Source: Malacoraja senta (Eukaryota). From it: DNA of 64,000 nucleotides. The stretch is taken from positions 1,984,001 through 2,048,000 of the forward strand of contig CM075977.1 in the NCBI GenBank assembly GCA_038087875.1, given 5' to 3'. A model generated the notes under the pieces. It was not told the origin of the DNA. It searched no databases and was given only the letters and a program-made list of their open reading frames with translations. Shown here one piece after another: positions 37,951 to 51,879 of the stretch (its first letter is position 1; every line of letters starts with the position of its first letter). The translations under genes were made by a program, and so were the position numbers.

Positions 37951-38459
37951 AGGTCCCCACAATAATATTCGGATTCATTTGTCAAGACATTCTTAGTCTG
38001 CGATTTGAATCATTGAGCACGGAAACAGGCCCTTCGGCCAAACTCGCCCATGCCGAACAAGTGCCCCATTTAAGCTCGTCCCATTTGCCCGCATTTGGTC
38101 CATTTCCCTCTAAACTATGGTTCTTGATTTCCCTACCCTGGGGGAAAAGGGTATGTGCACTCGCCCTATCTGTTTCCCGCATTCGCTGCATTCCATGTTT
38201 TCTGTCGTCAAGGGACGGATTTTGCCTGTCTATGATCTGTGGGTATGACATTACCTCATCAAGTGTCATCTGTGGGGAGGTGGGCAGTGCTTTCCTCGAA
38301 TGCACTGCCCAAGATTGTGGTGTTCATGTCATACCCCAGAGGTTGATTCCCACACAGTTCAGGTTGGCGCTCCAGTGGTACTGTTTGATGGAGCATCTGG
38401 ACTCACTGTTAGACGTAACATAACCTTATTATAGTGATGTGGTCAGTATTCATCTCTCG

Positions 38460-38830
38460 GACATTGAGTAATATAGCGTGAAAACAGGCCCTTCGGCATA
38501 ACTTGTCAACGCCGACCAACATGCCCATCTATACTAGTCCCACCTGCCTACGTTTGGACCATATCCATCTAAATCTACCCTATCCATGTACCTGTCCAAA
38601 TGTTTCATAATCGTTGTGATAGTACCTGCCTCAACTACCTCCTCCGGCAGCTCGTTTCATACACCTAACACACTTTGTGTAAAAAGAGTTGCCCCTCGGG
38701 GTCCTATTACATTTTTCTCTCCCCCCCCCCCTCTCACCTTAAACCTATGTCCTCTGATTCACGATTCACCCACTCTGGGTAAAAAACTGTACAATTACCC
38801 TATCTATTCCTCTCATGATCTCGTACACAT
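38460..38830 (-). mobile_element. CR1 3' end fragment
   Basis: AAACAGGCCCTTCGG..CCCATCTATACTAGTCCCACCTGCC..CTCACCTTAAACCTATG; a shorter copy at about 38010-38180. Confidence 0.8.
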
Positions 38831-39879
38831 GAACATGGCGAAAACAGATTATCTGCCCATTGTCACGCCATTGGAGTTGGCTGTGTGTAGATAGGCTGCT
38901 GCCTTTCTTTTAATCGCGACCAAGGATTCCATCATTGGTTGCAAATCATATGGGGATAGCCTGAAAGGAGGAAGGTGTTGTCGGGAATCTTCCTATCCTC
39001 AGCATGACTTTTCCTGTAAAATCTGCCTTCGCTGGTCCCTTGAGCATCAGGATGTTCTATGTACTTTATATCCAGGTGTTTGTATGTGATGAATATATGT
39101 ACAGAGGTATTCGGCAAGGAAGCGTTGCATTTTGTAACTCCCAGCAGTAACATGGTGCTTGCTGCGACAGGAAGGGCTGCCGCTGTGTATTTCTTTGGAT
39201 TGTGATCTATTAATCATGTGTACGGAATACATGCCGCAGAATGTCAGTAATTATCCTGTGCAATGTGATCACACACCTATAGTAACTGATGTCTAGTCAG
39301 GCAATCAATGTCAACACTTTTAGCATTAACATGTCCCCCAACTTTTCAAAACTGCCGTTTAAAATTGACGACAAAAAAAACTTATCGAGGGACAATGAGC
39401 AACTGTTGGGGGGGGGTGGAAAGATGGCGTTTCGGGTCGAGACAGTTTTTAAAACTGACCAATCGCCAGAGTCAGTCTGAACACAACGGCAGATGCCTGT
39501 GTGCAATGGTTCAAAGAGTTCCGCATACTTTTTTTTGGGGGGGGGGGGGGGGGGGACCCTTCCAGAATCATCCTTATGATGTGGCAAAAAAGTTACATTA
39601 TAGTTTAAACAGCCCCATTCTTAGCACGGCAAACTGACACAATGCTCAATGTTTCCAGCCGCGCTGTGGAGTTCTGGTGTTATGGGGAGACGTGTGCGGA
39701 AGGAGTCAGGGGTTGTGTGTTGTCAGCAAAGATAGGCCTCTCTTGAACTAATGGTGCCCGGTTATAGTTTGTGCCGGTGGGGGTTGGTTTGTGCTTCGTT
39801 CCATCTCCGGCATATAGCCAGGGATTGGTGGCTGCTGAAGAGATCAAAATCTGGTTTTGGATGAGCACAAGGGACCCAG

Positions 39880-40140
39880 AGTCTGAAGAAGGGTTCGGCC
39901 CGAAACGTTGCCTATTTCCTTCGCTCCACAGATGCTGCTGCACCCGCTGAGTTTCTCCAGCATTTTTGTGGACCAGAGACGGGTCAGGGGTTTATGATCC
40001 CGTGCTGGAGGAACTCAGCGGACCAGGCGGCATCTGTGGAGGGAATGGATAGGCGCAGCGACATTGCCTGTCCAATTCCTGCAGAGATGCTGCCTGACCA
40101 GCTTTTGTGGTCTGCTCAAGATTCCAGCATCTGCGGTTCC
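39880..40140. mobile_element. Two Penelope-derived short elements
   Basis: GTCTGAAGAAGGGTTCGGCCCGAAACGTTGCC at 39881 and a decayed foldback at about 40000-40140. Confidence 0.75.
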
Positions 40141-41724
40141 CGGTTATGATCCAGTGTCATGACCCGACTCTGAATCATTCCCAGAGAGTTGGGTGAACAG
40201 GTTGTTTGGGGTAGCTGTGCGGGGATCGCACCCTGCAGAGTCTTGAAGCCAACATTCTTGTCGCTCCGCCTAGTTTACGATACCGGTCATTGCGGGAATT
40301 GACAGGTCTTTACCCAGGTGGTCGTCCTGCCATCATCTTTGAGAACAGTATTTCCCGCTACAGATCAGATGATTTCAGACTTCATTTGGGGATCCTCCCT
40401 AAATGTCAAACCGAGGTATCTTATGTCTGGGCTACAAGAAACTTGGATAGGGTAGGCAGTTAGAACCCTTTTCCCAAATGTTAAAGACTGGAGGGGAAGA
40501 GTTTAAAGGAGATGTGTGGGCAAGTTTCTTTGCACGGATAGTGAGTGCTGTGTGCCTGAAACGCGTTGCCAGGGACGGCGTTTAAGAAGCTTTATGATAG
40601 ACACATAGATATGCAGGGAATGGGGGGGGGGGGGGGGGGGATTTGAATCACATGCAGGTCGAGGTAATTAACTTGCCTTTATTTCCGCACAAACATTGTG
40701 GACCGAAGGGCATGTTCCTGTCCTATGTAGGTCCATCAAAACTCTTTTTTTTTAAACATCTCTACCCCTTCCCGGAACCTTCATGGTAAGTGCCCTGTAT
40801 TTTAGAAGGAAATAATAGTACAAAGCTGCACCGTCCCCAGAGTATGAAAGACCAAATCAATGCAAATGTTTTATTTTCTTTCTGTTGTAGGTATTGAATC
40901 TATAAGTGAATATCCTGATTTGCAACGAGTTCAGTACCGGAGGCTGAAGAAGGTTGTTTTTTTTTTTGCCTGTGCTATCGTGAGCTTTAGAATTGTGGTG
41001 TGTTTGTTCGGACTTCTAACGAAGCAGCATCAGAGAATTTTTCGTCCGGGGGGCTTTGCATGTAGACACTCCAAGTCAAAAGCTTGAAAATCGTTCCAAT
41101 ACGCTGATGCCATTTGGGACTTTATTATAACTGCGCTGCGCATTTGGCCTGAGATTTGATGCTTTCTTTATGACAGGCCGACTCTGTAACAATGAAAGGG
41201 CTTGGAATGTGAGCCCCATACAATTTTAATGCAGACACAGTCTCAAATTTCAGAGACCACCCTTTGTGTCGCCTGTGGCTTTGTGTCTTGTCACAGCCTT
41301 CCCCAATCCTTTACACAAACCATACCACACTGACCAACTCTCTACCGAATGTCCCTTCCGTCTCAGATTGCTTGTTCGCCAACTCTGTTAATCACAGTAG
41401 TGTTCGTTTAATATCTTCCCTCATTCGAGCTCAGATCTTTAAAATGAGGCTCTCTGGATCGCAATAGTCGGATCCCCATTCATTTCCAATGAGAACTGAA
41501 ACCCAGGTTTCCCATTTCCTCTTTCCCAAAGAAAGGCCTCAAACCCTAAACATTAACTCTGTTTTTTTCTCTCCTCAGAAGCTGCCTGACCTGCTAAATA
41601 TTTCCGTTTCATTTCATCCAGGCTAACAAAAATCCCTGTTTCGTTTTCAGCGAACCTGAATAGCCCTGAGGTGATTTCTAGAAGTGCACAAGGATTGCAC
41701 ATTGGGGCAACCGATCTGCCGTCT

Positions 41725-42010
41725 CACATCGCCAGAGACGCGGGTTCGAGCCGGAACTCGGGGTGCAATCTGTGTGGAGTTTGCACGTTCTCCCTGTGAC
41801 TGTGTATATTTCCTCCGGGTGCTCCGGTTTTCTCCCACATACTAAAGTCGAGCGGGTTTATAGGACAATTGGCCCTCTGTAAAATTGCCTCTGACGTGTC
41901 GGGAGTCGATGAGAAACCGGGATAACATAGAACTAATGTGAACGGGTGATGGATGGTCGGCATGGGCTGAAGGGCCTGTTTCCATGCTGAATCTCTGGGC
42001 TAAACCAAAC
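41725..42010 (+). mobile_element. HE1-type SINE
   Basis: GCCAGAGACGCGGGTTCGAGCC..GGAGTTTGCACGTTCTCCC..GGGCTGAAGGGCCTGTTTCC. Confidence 0.85.
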
Positions 42011-43959
42011 AAGAGATTTCCCGGTAGTCCAATTCTATAATTTACAAACAAATGAATTATCTTTTCCCAAGATGATGATCCAACCTGCGGCACAGTGCGT
42101 CACTACAGAGTTATTCTGGCCCATCGTATTTCGTGCAAAATAATTCGCAAATCATTTTAGTCAACCGCCGTGCATTCCATAACTCAAACGTCAACAAAGA
42201 ACATAATTTTGTTATTAAGTCCTTGCGATTTGGAAATCGTGTGTGGGTCCGTCCGGTCCTGTTTCATTTTATTTTCCTGTGCACATGGATATATAGCAGT
42301 TTTGGTCATTACTGTATTGAATCGCTCCATCGTCTTCAGCGTCTTGGCCCAGAGTTTTCAATTCTCTCCCTCTCACCCGCCTCCTTCAAAAGCCCCCTTT
42401 AAAGCGGACATGAGTAACCTTTGCTTACCTGACCTGCCGCCTCTCTATGGGGTCGGAATTGAATTTTTGTTTGATAGTATTTCTGTGTAGTGGGCTGGGA
42501 GACGTCATTAAGGTAAAGGGTCTGCATCGAAGCAAGTTATTGTACATCGTTATAGTTGATACGCTTACTGGGACAGTGTTGTGCATTTATTCATTCCATA
42601 GATTGAGGATCACAGCTAAAATACTGGATACAGCGCATTTATCATTTATCAGATGTAGAAAGTGAACAAAATGTGTAGGAAGGAACTGCAGCTGCCGGTT
42701 TACACCGAAGATGGACAAAAAATGCCGGAGTAACTCAGCGGGTCAGGCTGCATCTCTAGGAAAAAAAAGTAATAGGTGACATTTGGGATCGAGACCGTTC
42801 GTCTGCCTAGTGAACGTACGTGTGTACCTGTATATATAGTTCTGCAATTATATCTGTTAATTCGATATGAAACTATCCCTGCCTTTTCTCTAACGTTGCC
42901 CAAGAAGCCCGCAAAAACGCTTTATTGGTAAAGGTAAATAACTATGACACCTGGTTAAATAGACATTTTATTTACCTCAATGCTGACGGTAAACTATTTC
43001 AGTGGGCAATGGAGAGGACACGATAGACTGATGGAAAGCCGCTGCTGATGTTGACGTCTCACAGACCTCTACATAGATGGAGACCCTCCCTCCCTTCCAC
43101 TAGTTCCCAACTTCGTATTTTAGACCTACGTGGGGCACAGGACGAGGAAAAACGTGATAAATAACTGGTATATATATATATCAGATAAAAACTACAGATG
43201 CTGAAATATGAAATAAGAACAAAAATTGCTGGAAGAACAGATATTGCTGGTCAGGCAGCATCTGCGGAGAGAGACATTGCGAATGCTTCAGGTCTGGTAC
43301 CATCATCATATGATTAAAAAACAAATTAAGGCAAGTTACTGCTTGGGGTTAGTTATTGGTGTGATTGTGCAACCCCAGCTTGATGGGTTGATAAGTTGTA
43401 ACGAACAAGTTGTGCTGCAGTCCCTCCTACATGTAAGGTAACCTCCTCCTTATGGTCCTGCAATGGATCAGTTAATCACATGACAATAAGGATAGCTGCG
43501 GGCACAAGTAAACTGCACTGCTGGTATCTTCAGCAAAAAGCAAAGTACTGGAGGGACTCAGCTGGCCAGGCAACGTTTTTGGAGGGAAGATACCTAATTT
43601 CCAAGGGAATTGAGTGAAGACCGTTCCCGACCCGACACATCCTCTGTTTATTCTCTCCACAGATGCTGCCAGACCTGTTGAGTTCATCCAGCAATTTGTG
43701 TCTTGTTGAGAAAAGAAGTGGGATTTACGATGAAAGATGTAGGATTTATGCAAAAATAGCGTACTCAACGGCGTCCTGAAATAATATGACAACGTTAACA
43801 TCGCAGCATGTAGCATAGCGCTTCCCAACAAACTATTCCTTCCAATACCGAGACACATCGGGTGATGTTTAGGGGATCTTCCACAGAGGGAGGTTTGATG
43901 GGACGTCATATAGGAGGAAAGAGGACGACAAAGCGAACCTCCAGGGTTTGAGATCCGGC

Positions 43960-44200
43960 GGGCCAGTTGTGCAGCAGGTAGAGCCGCTGCCTCACAGCTC
44001 CAGCTACTCGAGTTCAATCCGAACTCTGGGTACTGTCTGTGTGGAGTTTGCATATTCTCGCTATGACTGAGCAAGTCTCCTCCCCCCCCACCAGGTCCTC
44101 CGGTTTTCTCCCACATCCCAGAAAGGTTAATTGACCAATGCAATGGCTGAATGGTAGAATCTGGATGAGTTTACGGGAACGTGAGAAGAGAAAATAGATT
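43960..44200 (+). mobile_element. HE1-type SINE (partial), followed by a PLE-derived element at about 44218-44335
   Basis: GCAGGTAGAGCCGCTGCCTCACAGCTCC..GAGTTCAATCC..GGAGTTTGCATATTCTC. Confidence 0.75.
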
Positions 44201-46827
44201 AATAAAGATAGGTTTACGATGTGTAGAAAAGAACTGCAGATGCGGGTTTGAACCGAAGATACAAACAAATGTCGGAGTAACTCAGCGGACCAGGCAGCAT
44301 CTGTGGTGAAAAAGGATGGGTGACGTTTCGGGCTTATGTGTCTCTGTGTCGGCTTATGATGGTTACCACAGGGTCAGTTTATTATTCACCCCAGCTTTAA
44401 CGTGTATACGGCCAGCCTCTGCATATTTAAACAGTGAACACTTCAATTTCAGATGGCCTGCCCCCCAACCCCCCCCCCCCCCCCATCGCCATCCGTCCCT
44501 TTCTCTTTCCCTCTGGTCTTCTCTGGTCCTTTAACACACACACCCCAGCTCCCTATTACCTGCTTTCTTTCTCCTGCCCCACCCAGTCCACCAGTTAATC
44601 ATCATACACTCTTTCTACTGCCTCCCCCAAGGGCATGTGTGTGTGTGTGTGCCGTGGGGTTTAAGATGGGGTTATAGAGGGTAGTTGGGAAATTTGCCAG
44701 ACAAGAATGAGAAAGCAAGGAGTTTGATGAACAAGAAGGTTACAACTGGAGCTGTGAGACAGCTGAACTATCTGTACTACTGATTTGGGATCATTGGCCA
44801 TCAACTCTGGAATTTTCTGAGATCAAAGAGTTCCAAGCAAATATATGGATAGGAAAGGTTTAGAGGGATATGGGAAGGTGGGAGTAGTGTAGATAGGGCA
44901 TATTGTTCGGCAAGGTGGACAGAAGGGCCTGTTTCTCTGCTCTATGACTATGAATTTCAAGTATTATGCTGCTCAGATTACTTCCGTTAGTATATAGTGT
45001 TGTTATCTTATTATCTTGGGGCAAGAGAGATGGGGCAAGGGGATGGTGAGTTGGGAGAAGATGTGGTGGAAGCCACTAGAAACCCGACGGGCCGAATATT
45101 CTGCTCGTGTGTCATGAGGAAATTTGAAATTATGAATTTAAATCCATCGCCATTGAGGCGATCTTCTGACCACATGCTCATTGTTAATTCCTAAAATGCT
45201 CTTCCTGTAGCAAATTGGGAATGATCCTAGACGCTCCATTCTGTGCCCATTGAGTTGAAAACTGCTCCATGCCTGTTGCTTTTGGATATGTGATTTAAGG
45301 AGTGTGATTTGTATTTAAAGCGTTTTTTTAATAAAGACGGCTAGATAGTCTATGCTGTGGGGATTCGTTCAGTCCCAGTGCAGTATTTCGGTGCCAGTTC
45401 TCGATTTGAGGATTAATTCAGAAATGAAGGAACGAGATTGACACTGGCAGGCCAGACACGTTGTTAGACAGCTACTTTGATGCACAATTGATTTTAGCTA
45501 GAAAATTGACGATACTAAGTACATCTTAGAAACAAAATGGATCGCTGGCTTGGGTTACAAGAACAGCTAGTCCCATGGAAAATATCTCTTCCTCATTGGT
45601 TTTCTGTATACCCCCCCTCCGATAAAGGCCGAGGTCCAGGTCCCTGGGATCAGGAGCCGCTCCGGAGTCTTTCCGACTGGTTGTCAGAACGAGTGAATTT
45701 ACATTTTCAGCGTAGGCATACCGTTCAGCTCCTGGACCCGATCTGACCCCACTGGCTGTTTATCTACTGTCTCTATTTTTTCCTGTTTCCCCCCCCTATT
45801 TTCTCTCACACATTTCATTTTCACTCTCTCAGTCTTTCACTTGTTTTGTCTTATCTTTCTTTCGCCTTGTTTCCCCCTCTTTTCCCTGCCATTTCTCACA
45901 CTTCCCTTTCATTTAATCCTTCTCATTACTTTCCCGCTTTTTTCTCCACCTCTTTTCATCTGTTCCTCCTTTTTGCTCTCCTGACTCAACTGTTTTTGTC
46001 TCTCTTTTGTCTCCCTATAATGGAAACAATATAATTTTGTATTTTTTGCTGGGATTCAGAAAATTATATTAACTTCATTACTATGTTAATAGATTAAAAA
46101 AAAAACTTGTATGGACTTGAACTCTGATACAGAATACAAATTAAGTAGGCGTTTGTCAATAAAGATACAAGGATTACAAGCCTGTCCCAGGATGCCCCAT
46201 TACTGACCCCACAGAAAGATATTGTGCAATACTCCTATCATTTAAGCAACAGGAGATTGGAAGTAATATTTATGATGGTTTATAAATGTGAGTGCAGTTT
46301 TTTTAGGTGTTAACATCAAAATATCCATAAATCTAAGGTTATCGACAATTCTGTTTCCCTTGTCTCACACCAGGTTCAACTTGCTCACCATCCCAGTGGC
46401 AGCAGAGATGAATGGCGCTATGTTAAATAACATTTGACTTTAACATTCTTACATGAGTTTTAATATCCCTCCACAACTTTATGTCTATAAAACACTTTGA
46501 ATACTTCCATGCAAATTGGAAGGAGGCCATTTGACTTATCATTTCTCAGCCCCATTCCCCCACTTTTTTACTGGGGGAAAGAAGGGGTCCAAGATGTTTT
46601 GGTGAATTGGATTTGTGATAGGAGGAAGCGGTGGAGGATTATTTTTCTGACTGAAAGTCTGCAATTATGGCGTAACACAGGGATCGGTGCTGGTATCTAT
46701 GTTGTTTGAGATTTATGACTTGGATAAGAATGTATGTAGTCTGATATATAAGTTTGCTGACAACATGAAGATTGGTGGACTTGCAGATAGAAAGGATGGT
46801 TGCCTAAGGATACAGAAGGACGTAGAT

Positions 46828-49804
46828 TTAAACTAAATAGTGGGGGGGAGGAGACAAATTGGAAATACAAGGATGGAGTTAAAGGGAAAGAGAGTACAGG
46901 AAAAGTTAAGAAAGACACCAGATTTAACGGGGTAGAAAGCTCATGAAGGGATAGTAGAGTATGGCCAAGTGAAATAGGAATTGATGTGAAAGGTGAAGTG
47001 AGTAATGGATTAAAAGTATTATATGAATGCACGAAGTATAAGAAGTAAAGTGGATGAGCTTGAGGCTCAGTTAGAGATTGGTAGATATGACATTGTGGGG
47101 ATTGCGGAGACATGGCTGCAGGAGGATCGAGACTGGGAACTGAATATTCAGGGTTATACGTCCTATAGAAAAGACAGACAGGTGGGCAGAGGAGGTGGGG
47201 TAGCTCTGTTGGTGAGGGATGAAATTCAGTCCCTTGCGAGGGGTGACATAGGGACTGACGATGTAGAGTCGCTGTGGATAGAATTGAGGAATTATAAAGG
47301 TAAGAAGACACTAATGGGAGTTATTCTACAGGCCCCCAAACAGTAGCCTGGATATTGGGAGCAAGTTGCAGCAGGAGTTAAAATTGGCATGTAACAAAGG
47401 TAATGCCACTGTGGTTATGGGAGATTTCAATATGCAGGTAGACTGGGAAAATCTGGTTGGTTCTGTACCCCAAGAAAGGGAGTTTGTAGAGTGCCTCCGA
47501 GATGGATTCTTAGAGCAGATTGTACTGGAGCCTACCAGAGAGAAGGCAATTCTGGATTTAGTGTTGTCTAATGAACCAGATTTAATAAAGGAACTCAAGG
47601 TAAAGGAACTGCTAGGAGGTAGTGACCATAATATGATAAGTTTTAAACTGCAATTTGAGAGGGAGAAGGTTAAATCAGAAGAGTCAGTTTTGCAGTTGAA
47701 CAAAGGGGACTATGAAGGCATGAGAGAGGAGCTGGCCAAGGTTGACTGGAAAAGAATCCTAGCAGGAATGATGGTGGAACAGCTTTGGCAGGAAATTCTG
47801 GGCATAATCCAGAATCATAATGCAGAATCATTTCATTCCAAAGAGGAAGAAAGATTCTAAGGGGAGTAAGAGGCAGCCGTGGCTGAGAAGGGAAGTTAGG
47901 GATGGAATAAAACTAAAAGAAAAGGTGTATAACATAGCAAAGAGTAGCGGGAAGCCAGAGGATTGGGAAACTTTCAAAAGACAGGTAACAAAAAGGGCAA
48001 TACGGGGTGAAAAGATGAAGTACGAGGATAAACTGGCCAAGAATATAAAGGATAGTAAAGCTTATTTAGGTATGTAAAGAGTCAAATATTAATAAAGACA
48101 ATGTGGGTCCCTTGAAGGCAGAAACAGGTGAAATTATTATGGGGAACATGGAAATGGCGGAAGAGTTGAACAGGTACTTTGATTCTGTCTTCACTAAGGA
48201 AGAAACAAACAATCTCCCAGATGTACGAGAACAAAAAGTATCTAGGGTGACAGAGGAACTAAAATAAATCTGCATTAGGCGAGTAATAGTATTGGGTAGA
48301 CTGATGGGACTGAAGGCTAATAAATCCCCGGGGCCTGATGGTCTGCATCCCAGGGTACACAAGGAGGTGGCTCTAGAAATCGTGGACACATTGGTGATCA
48401 TTTTCCAATATTCTATAGATTCAGGATGAGTTCCTGTGGATTGGAGTTAGCCTGACATCGGTGGTGGGGAAGATGGTGGAGTCAATTATTAAAGAAGTAA
48501 TAATGGGGCATTTGGATAGCAGTAAAAGGATTGGTCCAAGTCAGCATGGATTTATGAAAGGGAAATCCTACTTGACTAATCTTCTGGAATTTTTTGAGGA
48601 TGTGACAAGTAAAATGGATGAAGGCGAGCCAGTGGATGTAGTGTATCTGGGCTTTCAGAAAGCCTTTGATAAGGTCGCACAAAGGAGAATAGTGGGCAAA
48701 ATTAGAGCACATGGTATTGGGCGTAGGGTATTGACATGGATAGGGAAATTGGTTGGCCGACAGGAAACAAAGAGATGGAATAAACAGATCCCTGTCAGAA
48801 TAGCAGGCAGTGGCGAGTGGAGTGCCGCAAGGCTCGGTGCTGGGGCCGCAACTGTTTACAATATATATTAATGATTTAGATGATGGGATTAAAAGTAACA
48901 CTTGCAAATTTGCATAAGAGTTTAAGAAGGAACTGCAGAAGCTGGAAAATCGAAGGTAGACAAAAATGCTGGAGACACAGGAGTAAGCTCCACCGCCCGC
49001 TGTCCTGTTATCTATCTTTTTTTTATTTTTGTTTAAAAAGTAAGTTTTGGAGGATTTTTTTAGTATTTCTATGTGGGGGAGGGGGGTAGGGTAAGGGGGA
49101 AACCGTTTCTCAGTCACTTCCTGGCGAGGATGTGACTATTCTCCGAGTCGCATCTTCGGCCCCCCCCCTCGCGGCCTACCAACTGGATTGGCATGGCCTT
49201 TCCTGCCTGGGACCGGACCAAAGCTTCAGCAGCGGTGCAGCACTGGATTCACCTCGGAGCGGGCGATGCCTTACCTGGATCACTGTTTGAAGCTCCGGAG
49301 TGTTGGGCCTGCTGATTTAACATCATGGAGCTGTGGTTTGCAGAGCTTCCAGCGCGGGTGGCGCTGACTTCAACATCGCGGAGTCCTGGGATACCTTTGC
49401 TGAGGGCCGCCAGCGTGAATCTCCGCCCAGCTCGGCCTGTGGACTTCGGGAGCAGTAGTCTCCGGTAGGAAGTGGCCGATTCGGAAGTCCAAGCCGCTGA
49501 GAATGTTCTCCCATTCTGACGTCGGAGTTCCATCATCCGGTGAGCGGTTCTGAACATCGGGCCGCCCGTAGCGGCGACAGCGAGGGGTTCGGGAGCCCCC
49601 CGACCATGGGTGAACAACAGAGAACAACAGAGGAGGATGACTGAACTTTGGTGCCTTCCCTCACAGTGAGAAACTTTGATTCTGCTGTGTGGGGATGTCT
49701 ATGTTAAAGACTATCGTGTTCTGTGCTCTTTTTTATTCGTATGGCTGTATGGTGACCACACATTTCACTGTACCAATTGGTACATGTGACAAATAAATGT
49801 CTCT

Positions 49805-49853
<49 letters not shown>

Positions 49854-50130
49854 TGAGATGAGAAAAAACCTTTTCACTCAGCGTTTTGTGAATTTGTGGA
49901 GTTCTCTGCCAACAGAAGGCAGGTGATGCCAATTCACTGGATGAATTTAAAAGAGAGTTAGATAGAGCTCTTGGGGCTAACGGAATCAAGGGATATGGGG
50001 AGAAGGTAGGCAGGGGTTACTGATTGTGGATGATCAGCCATGATCACTATGAATGGCAGTGCTGGCTCAAAGGGCCAAATGGCCTTCTCTTGCACCTATT
50101 TTCTATGTATCTATGTTTCTATATTTCTAT
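46828..50130 (+). mobile_element. Young 5'-truncated CR1/HER1 LINE (APE endonuclease + RT, disrupted), nested in an older CR1 spanning about 46540-46827 and 50131-51250
   Basis: ORFs NARSIRSKVDEL..DIVGIAETWL, VVMGDFN..ILDLVL..SDHNMISF and SQHGFMKGKSYLTNLLEFFEDVT..QKAFDKV; (TTCTATGT)n tail; GTAGAT repeated at 46822-46827 and 50131-50136. Confidence 0.92.
48975..49846 (+). mobile_element. GC/CpG-rich non-autonomous retroposon with a Rex1-like 3' tail, inside the CR1
   Basis: Ends TTTCACTGTACCAATTGGTACATGTGACAAATAAA + (TC)n; its 3' 180 bp recurs in reverse at about 29285-29480; no RT-like ORF. Confidence 0.6.
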
Positions 50131-50502
50131 GTAGATCAGCCGAAGAGTTGGTCGCAGTGGTGGCGCATGGAATTTAATCCAACCAATATGAGGTAATGCA
50201 GCTTGGGGTGTCTAATAATGGCCAGGCATATACAGTACATGGCAGGGATCTCAGACATGTGCAAAGGGAACTTGGCTTGCAAGTTAACAGGTGGCTAGGC
50301 ATTTATCCTGCTTTTGTTAATCAATAAGGGTATTCAGTATAAGAGTTGACACATCATGTTGCAGTTGTATCAAGACATCATGCAGGCCACATTTGCATCA
50401 CTTCCAATATGCTTCTCAATATGTGTGCTTTTCTAGTCACTACACCACAGAAAGGATGCGAGCAGCATTAGAAAGAGTACAGAAGAGATTCACCAGGATA
50501 TT

Positions 50503-50733
50503 AAGTACTGGAGTAACCCAGTGGGTCAGGCAGCATCCTTGGAGAAAATGGATAGGTAATGTTTCAGGTCGGGGTCCTTCTTCTTCGGACTGTCAGAAGA
50601 AAACATCATATCCAAAACATCACCCATCCATGTTGATGCTCCAGGGATGCTGCCTGACCTGCTGAATTATTCCAGCACTTTGTGTGCTTTTGTGTATTAA
50701 CCAGTATCTTCAGTTTTTTGGTTCTACTTCTTA
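50503..50733. mobile_element. Penelope-derived foldback inserted in CR1, with an 11-bp TSD
   Basis: ACCAGGATATT at 50492-50502 and 50734-50744. Confidence 0.8.
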
Positions 50734-51879
50734 ACCAGGATATTGCCTGCCTTTAGATACAGGAGAGATTGGATAGGCTGGGATTTTTCTCATTGCAGTC
50801 TTGGAAAGTGAGGAGTGATCTTATAGAGATTTATAAAATGATGAGGGGCATAAATAGAGTAGACAGCCACAGTCCATATTCAATGATAGGGGAGTTTAAC
50901 ACTAGAAGAAATAGGTTTAAGGAGAGCGGGGAAATATTTAAAGGACCAAGTTTTTCATACTTTTCTTGAAAAAAGCTGCTAGAGAAGGTGTAGAAGCATT
51001 ACAAAAACACATTTGGACAGTACATGGATCGGGATGGAATGGAAGTCATGTCAAGTCACATTTATTTATATAGCACATTTAAAAAACAACTCTCGTTGGC
51101 CAAAGTGCTTTACATTTGTTATAAGAATAGCACAAACAAAACAAACTACATACATATATGGGTCAAATGCAGGAAAATTAGATCAGCATAGATAGACATC
51201 TTGGTCAGCATGGTCAACTTGGGCGGAAGATCCTGTTTCCTTGCTGTATGACTATCAATATGTTTAATTTGCTCTCATTCTTTCACATACCCATCAACTC
51301 CCACCACCAATTTGCACTAACACATTGAAGAAGCAAACGTCTTTCATTTGTGGGAAGCAAACAGAACAGTTGGGAAAACTCCACACTTTTTCAGGGAGAA
51401 CATGCAGACTCGACATTGACAGCACCTGAGAACAGGATCGAACCTGGGTTCCTGGAGCCCTATAGTAGTAGCACTAAATGTTGCACCACTTCCAATATGC
51501 TTCTCAAGATATTGCACAAATAAACTGTGCAATTAGTTAGGTCAATCTTCACAGAGTGCTTTCCTTCAATTTTAACCTCATTTATGCTGGAATTTAATGG
51601 TGTTATTACTGTGCCAGTGTTTTTAGCCAGTTGGAACCTAAGCCTTGGAATTCCGCTTTTAAACATCTCCCAGTTGGAACAGTTCACTGAAAGCCAGTGC
51701 ATCGGGCTGGATCTAGGGTATTAGCTCACTGACTCTCCTGTGAAGAAATGGAGGTGTATTTCATTAGCTTAGAGGGGCAAGATAAAGCAATTTAAAAAAA
51801 AGTATTATGGGTGAAAGAGAAAGATAGGTTCTGATTAACGTGCACATGTTTATTGCCTGTGAGAAAAGTCTCAAATTAT

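Noticed and set aside
43472-44143. 223-aa minus-strand ORF (longest in the track)
   Set aside because: Chance read-through of SINE, unique and PLE-derived sequence
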